64,000 nucleotides of DNA from Phascolarctobacterium sp. (GTDB lineage: Bacteria > Bacillota > Negativicutes > Acidaminococcales > Acidaminococcaceae), in the NCBI GenBank assembly GCA_004558595.1, contig SFCN01000001.1:10978-74977 (forward strand), given 5' to 3'. Under the pieces are notes generated by a model. That model had not been told where the DNA came from. It ran no database searches and was given only the letters and a program-made list of their open reading frames with translations. This document shows positions 20,326 through 30,157 of the stretch, piece after piece; the stretch's first letter is position 1; each line of letters begins with the position of its first letter. Made by a program: the position numbers and the translations under genes.

Positions 20326-20820
20326 CTATCTTCCCTCCTGCCATCTGCGAGTGGAGGCCGTGTTGACGCCACAAATAGCCGCCGCCAAAGCATCCGCCGT
20401 ATCGTCAGGCTTAATCTTCTCTCGAATGTTGAGCAAATGCATCACCATAAAAATCACCTGCTCCTTGGTAGCGCTGCCCGTGCCCACCACGCTCAGCTTA
20501 ATCTGCATGGGAGTGAACTCCAGCACCGGCAGTCCATGATTGGCCGCCGCTAAAAGGGCCACTCCTCGCGCCTGGCCTACGGGAATAGCCGTGGTCACAT
20601 TACGATTAAAGAACAGCTTTTCAATGCTCATGAAATCCGGATGAAAATGCTCTATGATATCGCACAAATCATCATAGATTTTTTTCAAGCGCAGCTCCGG
20701 CAGCATGTCCTTATCCGTCAAAATGGAGCCGTAGAACACAGGCCGCAGCCTGTTGCCCGTCATATCCACCAGACCATAGCCACAGATGGCTGTGCCCGGA
20801 TCTATTCCTAAAACCAGCAT
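20326..20820 (-). CDS. ruvC: Crossover junction endodeoxyribonuclease RuvC
   Basis: MLVLGIDPGTAICGYG... The ORF-track start at 20832 is a GTG. ATG 20820 is preferred, but the choice is uncertain. Confidence 0.9.
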   Translation of the reverse strand: MLVLGIDPGTAICGYGLVDMTGNRLRPVFYGSILTDKDMLPELRLKKIYDDLCDIIEHFHPDFMSIEKLFFNRNVTTAIPVGQARGVALLAAANHGLPVLEFTPMQIKLSVVGTGSATKEQVIFMVMHLLNIREKIKPDDTADALAAAICGVNTASTRRWQEGR

Positions 20821-20879
20821 AATCTTCCTCACAAAAACAGAAAGCAGACAAAACCTTGCCTGCTTTCCCGTAAATAATC

Positions 20880-21620
20880 TTATTCCTCGTCGTCGTCCGG
20901 CAAGTCAGCGTTGTGATAAACGTCCTGAACGTCGTCCAGATCCTCCAGCACGTCCAGCATCTTTTGCACTCTTTCGGCATCCTCTGCGGACAGCTCAGCC
21001 ATGGTATCAGGAATCATGGTAATTTCAGCCATTTCTACCTCAATACCAGCCTCTGCCAAAGCTTTTTCAACATCATCAAAAGCATCCGGAGTGGTTACGA
21101 TTTCAAAGCCTTCTTCTTCGTTTTTAATGTCTTCGGCGCCAGCTTCCAGAGCGATCATCATCAGATCGTCCTCTTCTACGCCGGTTTCCTTGCTAACTGC
21201 GAAAACGCCCTTTTGTTGGAACATGTAGCCTACGCAGCCGGTAGCGCCCAGATTGCCGCCGTATTTGCTGAATACATGACGTACATCAGCTGCAGTACGG
21301 TTGCGGTTGTCGGTCAGGCAGCTTACCATCATAGCTACGCCAGCAGGACCATAACCTTCATAGGTAATTTCTTCAAAGCTTTGGCCTTCCAGAGCGCCTG
21401 CGCCCTTTTGAATAGCGCGTTGGATGTTGTCCTTAGGAATATTATTAGCCTTAGCCTTGGAAAGAGCCAGCTTCAGCTTCATGTTACCGGTGGGATCGGA
21501 GCCACCCATGCGTACTGCAATAGTGATCTCGCGGGAGATTTTAGTAGTAATCTTGCCACGCAGCGCGTCTGCTTTGCCCTTTTTATGTTTAATGTTTGCC
21601 CATTTAGAATGTCCTGACAT
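20880..21620 (-). CDS. YebC/PmpR-family transcriptional regulator
   Basis: Starts MSGHSKWANIKHKKGKADALRGK and has an acidic C-terminus. Confidence 0.9.
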   Translation of the reverse strand: MSGHSKWANIKHKKGKADALRGKITTKISREITIAVRMGGSDPTGNMKLKLALSKAKANNIPKDNIQRAIQKGAGALEGQSFEEITYEGYGPAGVAMMVSCLTDNRNRTAADVRHVFSKYGGNLGATGCVGYMFQQKGVFAVSKETGVEEDDLMMIALEAGAEDIKNEEEGFEIVTTPDAFDDVEKALAEAGIEVEMAEITMIPDTMAELSAEDAERVQKMLDVLEDLDDVQDVYHNADLPDDDEE

Positions 21621-21733
21621 ACTTTAATTCCTCCAAACTTGTAAATCAAAATTGATTTTTCCATCATTATGTAAAAAATTAACATTCACCATACTATTTT
21701 ACCACATGAGCTAACTTTTTACAAGAATAATCC

Positions 21734-22234
21734 TCATTCAAATACCGCTTTAATGCTATCGTAATGCAGAAAAATTCCCTGTGCCGCCAGCTCCTTGATC
21801 TCATCTAAGGTAGCCAGCTTCCACTCCAGCACCTCAGCCTCCTGTACCTCGACAGAGCTAGGCTCGAAGTCCAAAGTAAAACGGTAGCAGTCCACAAAAT
21901 AATTATCGCCCTCACCGGGATTTTCCCTGTGATAGGTTACAAGGGGCTCCCCAGGAACTGCAGATACATCCAAGCCTGTTTCCTCAAACACCTCACGATT
22001 CACCGCCTGACGAGAGCTTTCTCCGGCCATGCAAGCTCCTCCTGGCACCTCCCACCAACCAGCAGCCCAAGCCTTGGTCAGTACCCGACGGGTAATTAAA
22101 TAACGTCCATCGGTATGCTGCACTACGCCAAGGACTGTCAAATGATATTCCCCGTCCTTTAAGCACCAATCGTTGCGCTTCATAGTGCGCCCAGTTAGCT
22201 GTTTATTACTATCATATATGTCCCAACGCTCCAT
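21734..22234 (-). CDS. NUDIX hydrolase
   Basis: Nudix box GGACMAGESSRQAVNREVFEETGL. Confidence 0.8.
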   Translation of the reverse strand: MERWDIYDSNKQLTGRTMKRNDWCLKDGEYHLTVLGVVQHTDGRYLITRRVLTKAWAAGWWEVPGGACMAGESSRQAVNREVFEETGLDVSAVPGEPLVTYHRENPGEGDNYFVDCYRFTLDFEPSSVEVQEAEVLEWKLATLDEIKELAAQGIFLHYDSIKAVFE

Positions 22235-22293
22235 TACATAACCTCCAAGCTACAAATCTCTCTAAATCACTACTTCATTCTGTTCACATAGAG

Positions 22294-22527
22294 CTAATCC
22301 TTTGGCTCATGTCTGTAAAAATACTTATCCATATACCAAAATATCAGTTTGAGGCCTATTGTCATGGCAAAGAAAATGCTGCCGCTATCATAATCAATAT
22401 AGCCCAAGCGCAGGCTGTTCAGGCCCGTGATAAAAATCATATTCAGCCACAAAAAGCCGTAAAAAGCCAAAATCACCTGCACATACCACGGCGGCTTGAT
22501 ACGCTTGTTATTATCCTCAGGCAACAT
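22294..22527 (-). CDS. Small membrane protein (hypothetical)
   Basis: Two hydrophobic helices. Start moved to ATG 22527 (GGAGGA RBS) because the GTG extension overlaps a terminator hairpin. Confidence 0.4.
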   Translation of the reverse strand: MLPEDNNKRIKPPWYVQVILAFYGFLWLNMIFITGLNSLRLGYIDYDSGSIFFAMTIGLKLIFWYMDKYFYRHEPKD

Positions 22528-22540
22528 GGCCATTCCTCCA

Positions 22541-22570
22541 CAAAATAAAAAAGCCACGCTTTCGCGCAGC
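22541..22570 (-). terminator. Hairpin plus T-run downstream of the tRNA-like fragment
   Basis: Minus-strand GCTGCGCGAAAGCGTGGC followed by TTTTTTATTTT. Confidence 0.5.
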
Positions 22571-22637
22571 CTTATTATTCTCTTATTAAGATAAGCGGGA
22601 TCGAACCGCTGTTTTTTGTTTGTTTACATTGAATCAA

Positions 22638-22665
22638 TAAAAAGGCCACGCCCTTTGGCGTGGCC
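22638..22665 (-). terminator. Intrinsic terminator after tRNA-Ala
   Basis: Minus-strand GGCCACGCCAAAGGGCGTGGCC followed by TTTTTA. Confidence 0.75.
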
Positions 22666-22677
22666 GTAGCTTTCTTC

Positions 22678-22753
<76 letters not shown>

Positions 22754-22843
22754 AAAAGACAATTATTATATTACAGGAAATATTATACTTTGTCAAGCAC
22801 TTCCTGCATTCTTTTTACAAAGCCTAACGAAGCCTATTAAAGC

Positions 22844-24022
22844 TTACAGGCCTGCTTGCTCGCGCAGGGCAGCAGCCTTGTCGGTGTGCTCCCAGGGCAG
22901 GTCCACGTCGGTGCGACCAAAATGACCGTAAGCAGCGGTTTGCTTGTAGATGGGACGGAGCAGGTTCAGTTCGCGGATGATGCCGGTGGGGCTCAGAGCG
23001 AAGTTCTTACGTACCAGCTCTGCGATCTTCTCTTCATCAATCTTAGCAGTGCCAAAGGTTTCAACCAAAACAGAAACCGGTTGAGCTACGCCGATGGCAT
23101 AAGCCAATTGGATTTCGCATTTATCTGCCAAGCCAGCGGCAACGATGTTTTTAGCAACGTAACGAGCGGCATAAGCGGCACTACGGTCCACCTTGGAGGG
23201 GTCCTTGCCAGAGAAAGCACCACCGCCATGACGAGCCATACCACCATAGGTGTCAACGATAATCTTGCGACCGGTCAGGCCGGCATCGCCTTGAGGACCG
23301 CCGATTACAAAGCGACCGGTGGGGTTAATATAGTATTTGGTGTTCTCGTCCAGCATTGCTGCAGGAACGATAGCCTTAACTACGTTTTCAATCAAATCCT
23401 TCTCAATTTGCTCGTGGGTAATTTCCGGAGCATGTTGGGAAGAAATAACGATGGCATCGATGCGCTCAGGCTTGCCATTTACGTATTCTACGGTTACTTG
23501 GGTCTTGCCATCAGGACGCAGGTAAGGAAGAGTGCCGTTCTTGCGTACTTCGGTCAAGCGCAGAGCCAGTTTATTAGCCAGATATGCAGGCATGGGCATG
23601 TAACTCTCGGTTTCATTGGTAGCATAACCGAACATCATGCCTTGGTCACCAGCGCCAGCCTCTTCCTCAGCGGCACGGCCTTCCTTAGCCTCTAAAGCCT
23701 TGTCAACGCCCATGGCGATATCGCTGGATTGCTCGTCGATAGAAATCAGCACGCCACAGGTATTGCCATCAAAGCCGTACTTAGCACGGTCGTAGCCAAT
23801 GTCGATGACGGTTTTACGAGCGATGCGAGGAATATCCACATAGCAGTTGGTAGAAATTTCGCCAAAAATATGGATTTGGCCGGTGGTTACGATGGTTTCG
23901 CAGGCTACACGACCCTTAGGATCTTCCTTTAAAATGGCATCCAACACAGCATCGGAAATCTGGTCGGCAATTTTATCAGGATGGCCTTCAGTTACAGATT
24001 CAGAGGTAAATAATTTTCTCAT
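22844..24022 (-). CDS. metK: S-adenosylmethionine synthase
   Basis: Contains [36 protein letters not shown] and [19 protein letters not shown]. Confidence 0.97.
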   Translation of the reverse strand: MRKLFTSESVTEGHPDKIADQISDAVLDAILKEDPKGRVACETIVTTGQIHIFGEISTNCYVDIPRIARKTVIDIGYDRAKYGFDGNTCGVLISIDEQSSDIAMGVDKALEAKEGRAAEEEAGAGDQGMMFGYATNETESYMPMPAYLANKLALRLTEVRKNGTLPYLRPDGKTQVTVEYVNGKPERIDAIVISSQHAPEITHEQIEKDLIENVVKAIVPAAMLDENTKYYINPTGRFVIGGPQGDAGLTGRKIIVDTYGGMARHGGGAFSGKDPSKVDRSAAYAARYVAKNIVAAGLADKCEIQLAYAIGVAQPVSVLVETFGTAKIDEEKIAELVRKNFALSPTGIIRELNLLRPIYKQTAAYGHFGRTDVDLPWEHTDKAAALREQAGL

Positions 24023-24113
24023 AGTTCGTCTTATCTCCTTTCACAGACATACCTTAAACACGATAACAACAATGGATACGGAAGCTAAAACTACCTTTAC
24101 ACTCTAATGAGGA

Positions 24114-24144
24114 ATAAAAAAGGCGTTCTCTACATGAGAACGCC
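24114..24144 (-). terminator. Riboswitch expression-platform terminator
   Basis: Minus-strand GGCGTTCTCATGTAGAGAACGCC followed by TTTTTTAT, lying between the aptamer and metK. Confidence 0.8.
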
Positions 24145-24162
24145 GTAAATTGCTTTATAGCA

Positions 24163-24272
24163 TCCTCATCTCACAGCTAAAGTGCTGCAGGACTTAGCAC
24201 CGTTTTACGGACATCACTCCGCAATGGTTGCTGCGGCTTCACAGGGCCATTCCCTCCACCGCTCTTGATGAG
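24163..24272 (-). promoter_or_regulatory. SAM-I (S-box) riboswitch
   Basis: Minus strand reads CTCATCAAGAGCGGTGGAGGGAATGGCCCTGTGAAGCCGCAGCAACC...GGTGCTAAGTCCTGCAGC...GAGATGAGGATG. This matches the S-box core and sits upstream of metK. Confidence 0.9.
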
Positions 24273-24294
24273 TATTATTAATTTCACCTTGCAC

Positions 24295-24323
24295 ATTATA
24301 ATACATTTTTCCGATTATAGCAA
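24295..24323 (-). promoter_or_regulatory. Sigma-70-type promoter for the riboswitch-metK unit
   Basis: TTGCTA - 17 nt - TATAAT on the minus strand, about 20 nt upstream of the aptamer. Confidence 0.6.
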
Positions 24324-24415
24324 TAGGCTTTAGCAAGATTTCACAAGATTTCCATGATTTTTTTGCTTTACAACCCTTTATTGCTTATCAAGATTTTGTA
24401 CCAATACGCAATTAT

Positions 24416-25630
24416 TTAATTTGTTTGACGCAGTTGACGAATTTTCAAGGCTTCATCCAAAATACAGTTGGCTACGTCCACCTTAGGCATTTGCTCCAAG
24501 GAACGCACCTCACCATTGGCAAAGAGGAATTTTACGATATTGGTATCCGCATTAAAGCCTGCGCCAGCAGCAGTTACGTCGTTGGCGACAATCATATCCA
24601 GATTCTTTTTCACTACCTTATCCCGGGCATTTTCCAGCAGGTTCTGAGTTTCTGCTGCGAAGCCCACCAGCACCTGATGAGTCTTCTGGGCGCCCAAGGT
24701 CTTCAAAATATCAGGATTTTTATCCATAACAACCGTCAAAGCATCGTCTGTCTTCTTCTTAATTTTTTGGTCAGCTACATCACGAGGACGATAGTCGGCC
24801 ACAGCAGCAGCCTTGATCACAATATCAGCTGCCTCGTAGGCCTCCAAGCAGGCCTCAAGCATCTCGTTAGTAGTTTCTACCTTGATAGCCTTAACATTGG
24901 CCGGAATAGCCAAGGCAGAAGGACCGCTGACCAAGAGCACCTCAGCGCCACGCTCCGCCGCCATTTGCGCTACGGCATAGCCCATCTTACCGCTGGAACG
25001 ATTGCCCACAAAGCGCACCGGGTCAATGGGCTCGCGGGTGCCTGCGGCAGTAACCAAAACCTTGAGACCACATAAATCCCCCTCACGCTTTGCGAAGAAG
25101 GCGCTCAAAAACTCCACAATCTCCTGGGGCTCAGGCAATCTGCCAGCACCGCTGGTGCCACAGGCCAGTTTGCCTACCGCCGGAGGCATCACAGTAACAC
25201 CACGACCTTGGAGCTTGGCTAGATTTTCTTGGGTTGCAGCATTTTCGTACATACCGGTATTCATAGCCGGGCACACCACAATAGGAGCCTGCGCTGCCAA
25301 CAAGGTAGTGCTTAAAAGGTCATCAGCCAAGCCATAGGCCATCTTGGCGATAATATTGGCCGTTGCCGGCGCTACTACAAAGGCATCGGCCCAGTTAGCC
25401 AAAGCAATATGCTCCACATTAAACTCTTGATTAGAGCTCCACATGGATACAGCCACTTGATTACCACTAATTTCCTTAAAAGTAAGCGGAGTCACGAATT
25501 GCTGCGCGTGCTCGGTCATTACCACACGCACCTGACAGCCCTGCTTGCGCAGTCGGCTTACCAAATCCACAGCCTTATACACGGCGATGCCGCCAGTAAC
25601 CCCTAAAACAATCTTTTTACCCTTTAACAA
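24416..25630 (-). CDS. coaBC: Bifunctional phosphopantothenoylcysteine decarboxylase / phosphopantothenate-cysteine ligase
   Basis: 404 aa. N-terminal flavoprotein domain (KKIVLGVTGGIAVYK, PAMNTGM) and C-terminal CoaB domain (NRSSGKMG). Confidence 0.95.
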   Translation of the reverse strand: MLKGKKIVLGVTGGIAVYKAVDLVSRLRKQGCQVRVVMTEHAQQFVTPLTFKEISGNQVAVSMWSSNQEFNVEHIALANWADAFVVAPATANIIAKMAYGLADDLLSTTLLAAQAPIVVCPAMNTGMYENAATQENLAKLQGRGVTVMPPAVGKLACGTSGAGRLPEPQEIVEFLSAFFAKREGDLCGLKVLVTAAGTREPIDPVRFVGNRSSGKMGYAVAQMAAERGAEVLLVSGPSALAIPANVKAIKVETTNEMLEACLEAYEAADIVIKAAAVADYRPRDVADQKIKKKTDDALTVVMDKNPDILKTLGAQKTHQVLVGFAAETQNLLENARDKVVKKNLDMIVANDVTAAGAGFNADTNIVKFLFANGEVRSLEQMPKVDVANCILDEALKIRQLRQTN

Positions 25631-25672
25631 GGCCTTGTCCTCCCGCTGAATCGCGTTTATTACGTTTATTTT

Positions 25673-25867
25673 TTATACGTTTTTAGTACGCTCGTAGGTA
25701 ATCACATCATCAGCGATCTCCTTAAGCGCAGTGCTAACCTCTTTCTCAGGCGCATTTACTGCGGGCTTGGTCAGCTCGCGAGCTCTTTTAGCAGCCAAAA
25801 TAACCAAGGTGTACTTGCTATCCACCTTTTCAGCCAAATAGTCAATAGAAGGATCTACCATGGACAT
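25673..25867 (-). CDS. rpoZ: RNA polymerase subunit omega
   Basis: 64 aa. Contains SKYTLVILAAKRAREL. Lies between gmk and coaBC, as in Bacillus. Confidence 0.85.
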   Translation of the reverse strand: MSMVDPSIDYLAEKVDSKYTLVILAAKRARELTKPAVNAPEKEVSTALKEIADDVITYERTKNV

Positions 25868-25900
25868 ATATCTTCACTCCTTTAGCTTCACTATAATCTA

Positions 25901-26545
25901 TTATTTCGCTTCTTGCTTCGCTTTGCAAATTTCATCCACAATAAAATAAGTTCTTGCCACACGATAACGCTCCGCTTCCATAATGGTCAGCACCTTGTTG
26001 GCAGCCTTTGTCGCGATATCATTGACGATAATATAATCATATTTTGCAGCGTAGGTCAGCTCGCTGGCAGCGGAGGCCATGCGTCGCTTGATAACCTCCT
26101 CGCTATCAGTGCCACGCTTATAAATGCGAGCAGAAAGCTCATCCAGAGACGGGGGCACGATAAAGACGAAAACACCCTCGGGGAAGCGCTCCTTGATTTG
26201 CAGGGCACCCTGAATATCAATCTCCAGCAGCACATCATGCCCACTTTGCAAAAGGTCCATCACGTATTTACGCGGTGTGCCATAATAATTACCATAAACC
26301 TCTGCATATTCCAAAAGCTCTCCCTTAGCGATCATCTCCTGTACCTCGGGGACGGTCTTGAAGAAATAGCTTTTGCCATCCACCTCGCCTACACGGGGCT
26401 GACGGGTAGTTACAGAAATAGAATAACCTAAATCGGGCAGCTGCTCGCGCAGAATTTGACAAATTGTCCCCTTGCCGGCGCCAGAAGGTCCGGAAACCAC
26501 CAGCAGTACCCCTTGGGGAGTTACATGCTCTTTTTCCACAGCCAT
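25901..26545 (-). CDS. gmk: Guanylate kinase
   Basis: Start at MAVEKEH (ATG 26545). P-loop SGPSGAGKGT, plus TTRQPRVGEVDGKSYFF. Confidence 0.93.
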   Translation of the reverse strand: MAVEKEHVTPQGVLLVVSGPSGAGKGTICQILREQLPDLGYSISVTTRQPRVGEVDGKSYFFKTVPEVQEMIAKGELLEYAEVYGNYYGTPRKYVMDLLQSGHDVLLEIDIQGALQIKERFPEGVFVFIVPPSLDELSARIYKRGTDSEEVIKRRMASAASELTYAAKYDYIIVNDIATKAANKVLTIMEAERYRVARTYFIVDEICKAKQEAK

Positions 26546-26549
26546 ATTC

Positions 26550-26810
26550 CTACTCCTCTTCCTCCACATCGGTGGCCATAAGACGATTAGCAACTGTTTC
26601 CGGCTGTACAGCGCTCAAAAGAATATGACCACTGTCAGTAACTACCACTGCTCTAGTTCTACGACCATAGGTGGCGTCAATGAGCAAGCCCCTGTCGCGG
26701 GCTTCCTGAATAATACGCTTAATGGGCGCGGATTCAGGACTAATAATGGCAATAATCCGATTAGCGGCCACTACATTGCCGAAACCGATATTAATAAGCT
26801 TAACATCCAC
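26550..26810 (-). CDS. remA: RemA/DUF370-family protein
   Basis: Reads [55 protein letters not shown]. Confidence 0.85.
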   Translation of the reverse strand: MDVKLINIGFGNVVAANRIIAIISPESAPIKRIIQEARDRGLLIDATYGRRTRAVVVTDSGHILLSAVQPETVANRLMATDVEEEE

Positions 26811-26825
26811 GTTGCTACTCCTCTC

Positions 26826-27725
26826 TTATTCGATATTTTGAATTTGCTCGCGGATTTTTTCAATTTCCGCTTTAATTTCTACTACAATTTGGGCCAAGGT
26901 ATAATCGTTAGCCTTGGAAGCTATAGTATTGGCTTCACGATTGAATTCCTGAATCAAAAAGTCCAGCTTACGACCTACGGGCTGGTCGGAAGCGATAATA
27001 GTCTTAAACTGCTTAATGTGGCTCTTCAAGCGCACAATCTCCTCAGTGATGCTGGTACGGTCAGCAAAAATCGCTACCTCCTGTAGCAGACGCTCCGGCT
27101 CCACCGTAATATTGTGATCCGCCAAAAGATTGTTTAAGCGTTCGCTAAGCTTAGCTTGATATTCATCCACTACCATGGGAGACCGCTCCTCAATTAAAGC
27201 CAGCTTTTGGGCAATTAAATCGGCGCGATAAATAAAGTCTCCATAGATATTGCCACCTTCGGTTTCACGCATAGCCACCAAATTTGTCAGAGCTTGGCGC
27301 ACAGCCTGCTCCACCTTGGGCCAAACGCTTTCCACATCAAAGAAGCCTTCCTTCACATTGATAACGTCCTGACAACGGGAAATGTAGAGAATCTCTTGAG
27401 CTTGGTTGATACCTGCGTCACTAGCGCCAATGGCCTCGCCCACCTCCTGCAAAGCCCTGTGATAGGCAGCAGCCAAATTCTTATCCACCTTCAAGGTGCA
27501 GTTATCACTGGTGGTATAATCAGCGTTGATAAACACATCGATGCGACCGCGACTAACAGTTTTTAAGATTGTTTTACGAATGCGGTCCTCTAGGGGATTC
27601 AAAAAACGGGGCAAGCGAATCGCCACCTCGTTATAACGGTGGTTTACGGTTTTCATTTCCACGGTGATGGAAAAATCAGCGTCCTCGTACTCACCGCGAC
27701 CAAAACCGGTCATACTCTTTAACAC
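26826..27725 (-). CDS. yicC: YicC-family stress-induced protein
   Basis: Starts MLKSMTGFGRGE. The C-terminal part carries EFNREANTIASKAND. Confidence 0.85.
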   Translation of the reverse strand: MLKSMTGFGRGEYEDADFSITVEMKTVNHRYNEVAIRLPRFLNPLEDRIRKTILKTVSRGRIDVFINADYTTSDNCTLKVDKNLAAAYHRALQEVGEAIGASDAGINQAQEILYISRCQDVINVKEGFFDVESVWPKVEQAVRQALTNLVAMRETEGGNIYGDFIYRADLIAQKLALIEERSPMVVDEYQAKLSERLNNLLADHNITVEPERLLQEVAIFADRTSITEEIVRLKSHIKQFKTIIASDQPVGRKLDFLIQEFNREANTIASKANDYTLAQIVVEIKAEIEKIREQIQNIE

Positions 27726-27892
27726 GAGCTTCCTCCCAACTCCAAAAAGGGTGTATTTTGAGTTTGCACAATAGATAAGCCATTTTCTTAGCTCTTATCT
27801 TGAAGAAATATTATACCATATTTTGCTCCTGATTTCAGCTTTTTTCTTGCATTTTAGGGATTTTTCTCAAAATATGGCCCATAAAAAGCTAA

Positions 27893-28372
27893 TTATTCCT
27901 GCCAGCCCTTGCACAAATCGACCCAGCCTTGGCAGTTGGAGGAGTATTTTTCCAGCTCCTCAGGAGTCAATTCGATAGCGCTATTGGAGCTGCCACAGGC
28001 GGGAAAGAAGGTCGTAAAACGCTTCAAGGATTCATCAAGATAGACCTTTACGCCCTCATTAATGCCAAAGGAGCACACACCGCCGATGGCATGACCAATC
28101 ATGGGCTCAACCTCATCAGCACTGAGCATTTTGGCCTTACAGCCAAAGAAATGCTTGTATTTAGCATTGTCTACCTTAGCATCACCGGCTGCGACAATCA
28201 GTACGCAGCTATTATCGTTGAGCTTGAAGGACAGAGTCTTCGCGATGCGGGCCGGCTCGCAGCCTGCGGCTTGGGCAGCTAGCTCTACGGTGGCGCTGCT
28301 AGTGGGGAATTCTATGATTCTATCATCTATGTTGAACTGACGCATATAAGCGCGTACTTTTTCAATGGACAT
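27893..28372 (-). CDS. YbaK/aminoacyl-tRNA-editing-domain protein
   Basis: 159 aa. YbaK-like pattern (TLSFKLNDNSCVLIVAAGDAKVD, HAIGGVCSFG). Confidence 0.7.
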   Translation of the reverse strand: MSIEKVRAYMRQFNIDDRIIEFPTSSATVELAAQAAGCEPARIAKTLSFKLNDNSCVLIVAAGDAKVDNAKYKHFFGCKAKMLSADEVEPMIGHAIGGVCSFGINEGVKVYLDESLKRFTTFFPACGSSNSAIELTPEELEKYSSNCQGWVDLCKGWQE

Positions 28373-28420
28373 GGGATTGGCCTCCTTCTTATTTATGTAT
28401 TTTATCCATAAAGGACGAGC

Positions 28421-30157
28421 TTAGCTTTGCTGTAGATATGACCTAAGAGCTTGCTCGTCCGGAGTAGTGTAATAGGTCTTCTGGTTGGTAAAAATGACGA
28501 AGCCTGGCTTGGAGCCAGCGGGCTTCTTCACATAGCGACGTTCCACGCAATCCACGGGCACATTGCTGCTATGCCTAGCCTTGCTGAAATAAGCAGCCAG
28601 CTCTGCAGCTAGCAAAATATCCTCTTGGCTGGGCTCCGCAGCCTTCATGATAATGTGAGAGCCAGGAATATCCTTCGTGTGGAACCACAAATCTCGTGGA
28701 ACTCCCAAGGTAAAGGTCACATAATCATTTTGCTTGTTGTTTTTACCAATATATAAATCCACGCCTTGGCGTAGCTTAATATGGAGAGGCTGCGATTTTT
28801 GCAGAGCGGTTTTTTTCTTTTTGCCAAACTCTTTTATAAGTCCTGCAGCTACCATCTCTTGGCGAATCTCTTCGATTTCATTCTTGCTCGTAGCGGTGAG
28901 CAAGGATGCATCCAGAGTAGCCAAATAAGCAAGCATGCTTTCCGTAGCTTGGATCTGCTGACGCACTTCACTTTGAGCACGCTTAAATTTATTATAACGC
29001 TTGTAATAAGCCTGTGCGTTTTCCGTTGGTGAAAGCACAGGATTCAACTTAATTTGCACGGGCTCACCATCGTAAATATTATAGAGCTCCACGTTGGTCT
29101 GACCCTTGCGCAGCTGGTAGATGTTGGCCATAAGAGTATCAGCCAGCATCCGCTGGCCTTCAGCATCCTCGGCATGGAGCAAATCCTCCTCTAAAGCTGC
29201 CAACTTTTTGGTGAGCTTAGCGCTTTCCGCTGTAACGAGCTTTTGTAGCTGTTCATGCTGTGGTAATTGGATGGGCGTAAGACTTACAGCGTAATTGATA
29301 GCGCTGTTGATATTGGCAAATTCTCTAACAGTTATCCCCTGCTCTAGCGCTGTTGGCGAAAGCGTTAGGATGGTTTTTACCTGATTGGTACGACTGATGA
29401 GGGCATACACAGGCTTGGGATCACTGCTTGCTAAGCTTTGCTGCAGCTGAGCCACGCTCTGGGTCAAGGCCTTAGCTTCGGCAGGCTCGAGACGTACAGT
29501 CTGGGGCAAAATATCTGCGGCGGCTAAGAGCTGAGTAGCCGTGGCCTTGCCCATGCCGGTGGTAGCGCTAACAAAGGCTTTCGCGAAATTGGCGCTAGGA
29601 ATGCTGTTCGCTTCGCTGACTATGGTGGTCGGGTCTGCAGTCAAAAGATTGAGGCCCGTCTGCGGCGGGGGCGCCACGTACTCCTTTCCCGGCAGGATGG
29701 CCCGGTAGCTGCTCTGAGACGCGCCCACATGCTTCAAGCTATCGATAATTACATCTTCCTGTGTCAGAATCAAATTACTGTTCTTACCTGTGAGCTCACA
29801 AATAAGCTTCTTCGTAATAATCTTGCTGGATTGGCCCAGCATATCGATTTCCAGCGTAATAACGCGGTCCAGCCCACTTTGGTAAATCTTAGTGATACGC
29901 CCCTCCTCCAGATGCTTGCGGAGCAGCATACAAAAGCTAGGGGGAGTTTCCGGGTTTTCCGGTAGCTTTTCCGGAATGTAAAGGCAAGGTCTGCCACCGT
30001 TCATATCAGCTACTAAAGCGCTGGTGTCACGACTGCGACGGACTAAAAGCAGCACCGTTTGGGCATTGGGCATGTAAACTCTGTAGATTTTACTGCCCAA
30101 CAGCTCATTATTTAGATTATCCGTAACTAGTTTTAGTGTTAATCCTTCAAGGTTCAT
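28421..30157 (-). CDS. rqcH: NFACT-family ribosome quality control protein (RqcH / FbpA-like)
   Basis: 578 aa. The N-terminus MNLEGLTLKLVTDNLNNELLGSKIYRVYMP is NFACT-N-like. A coiled-coil middle follows, then the C-terminal DLWFHTKDIPGSHIIM motif. Confidence 0.85.
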   Translation of the reverse strand: MNLEGLTLKLVTDNLNNELLGSKIYRVYMPNAQTVLLLVRRSRDTSALVADMNGGRPCLYIPEKLPENPETPPSFCMLLRKHLEEGRITKIYQSGLDRVITLEIDMLGQSSKIITKKLICELTGKNSNLILTQEDVIIDSLKHVGASQSSYRAILPGKEYVAPPPQTGLNLLTADPTTIVSEANSIPSANFAKAFVSATTGMGKATATQLLAAADILPQTVRLEPAEAKALTQSVAQLQQSLASSDPKPVYALISRTNQVKTILTLSPTALEQGITVREFANINSAINYAVSLTPIQLPQHEQLQKLVTAESAKLTKKLAALEEDLLHAEDAEGQRMLADTLMANIYQLRKGQTNVELYNIYDGEPVQIKLNPVLSPTENAQAYYKRYNKFKRAQSEVRQQIQATESMLAYLATLDASLLTATSKNEIEEIRQEMVAAGLIKEFGKKKKTALQKSQPLHIKLRQGVDLYIGKNNKQNDYVTFTLGVPRDLWFHTKDIPGSHIIMKAAEPSQEDILLAAELAAYFSKARHSSNVPVDCVERRYVKKPAGSKPGFVIFTNQKTYYTTPDEQALRSYLQQS

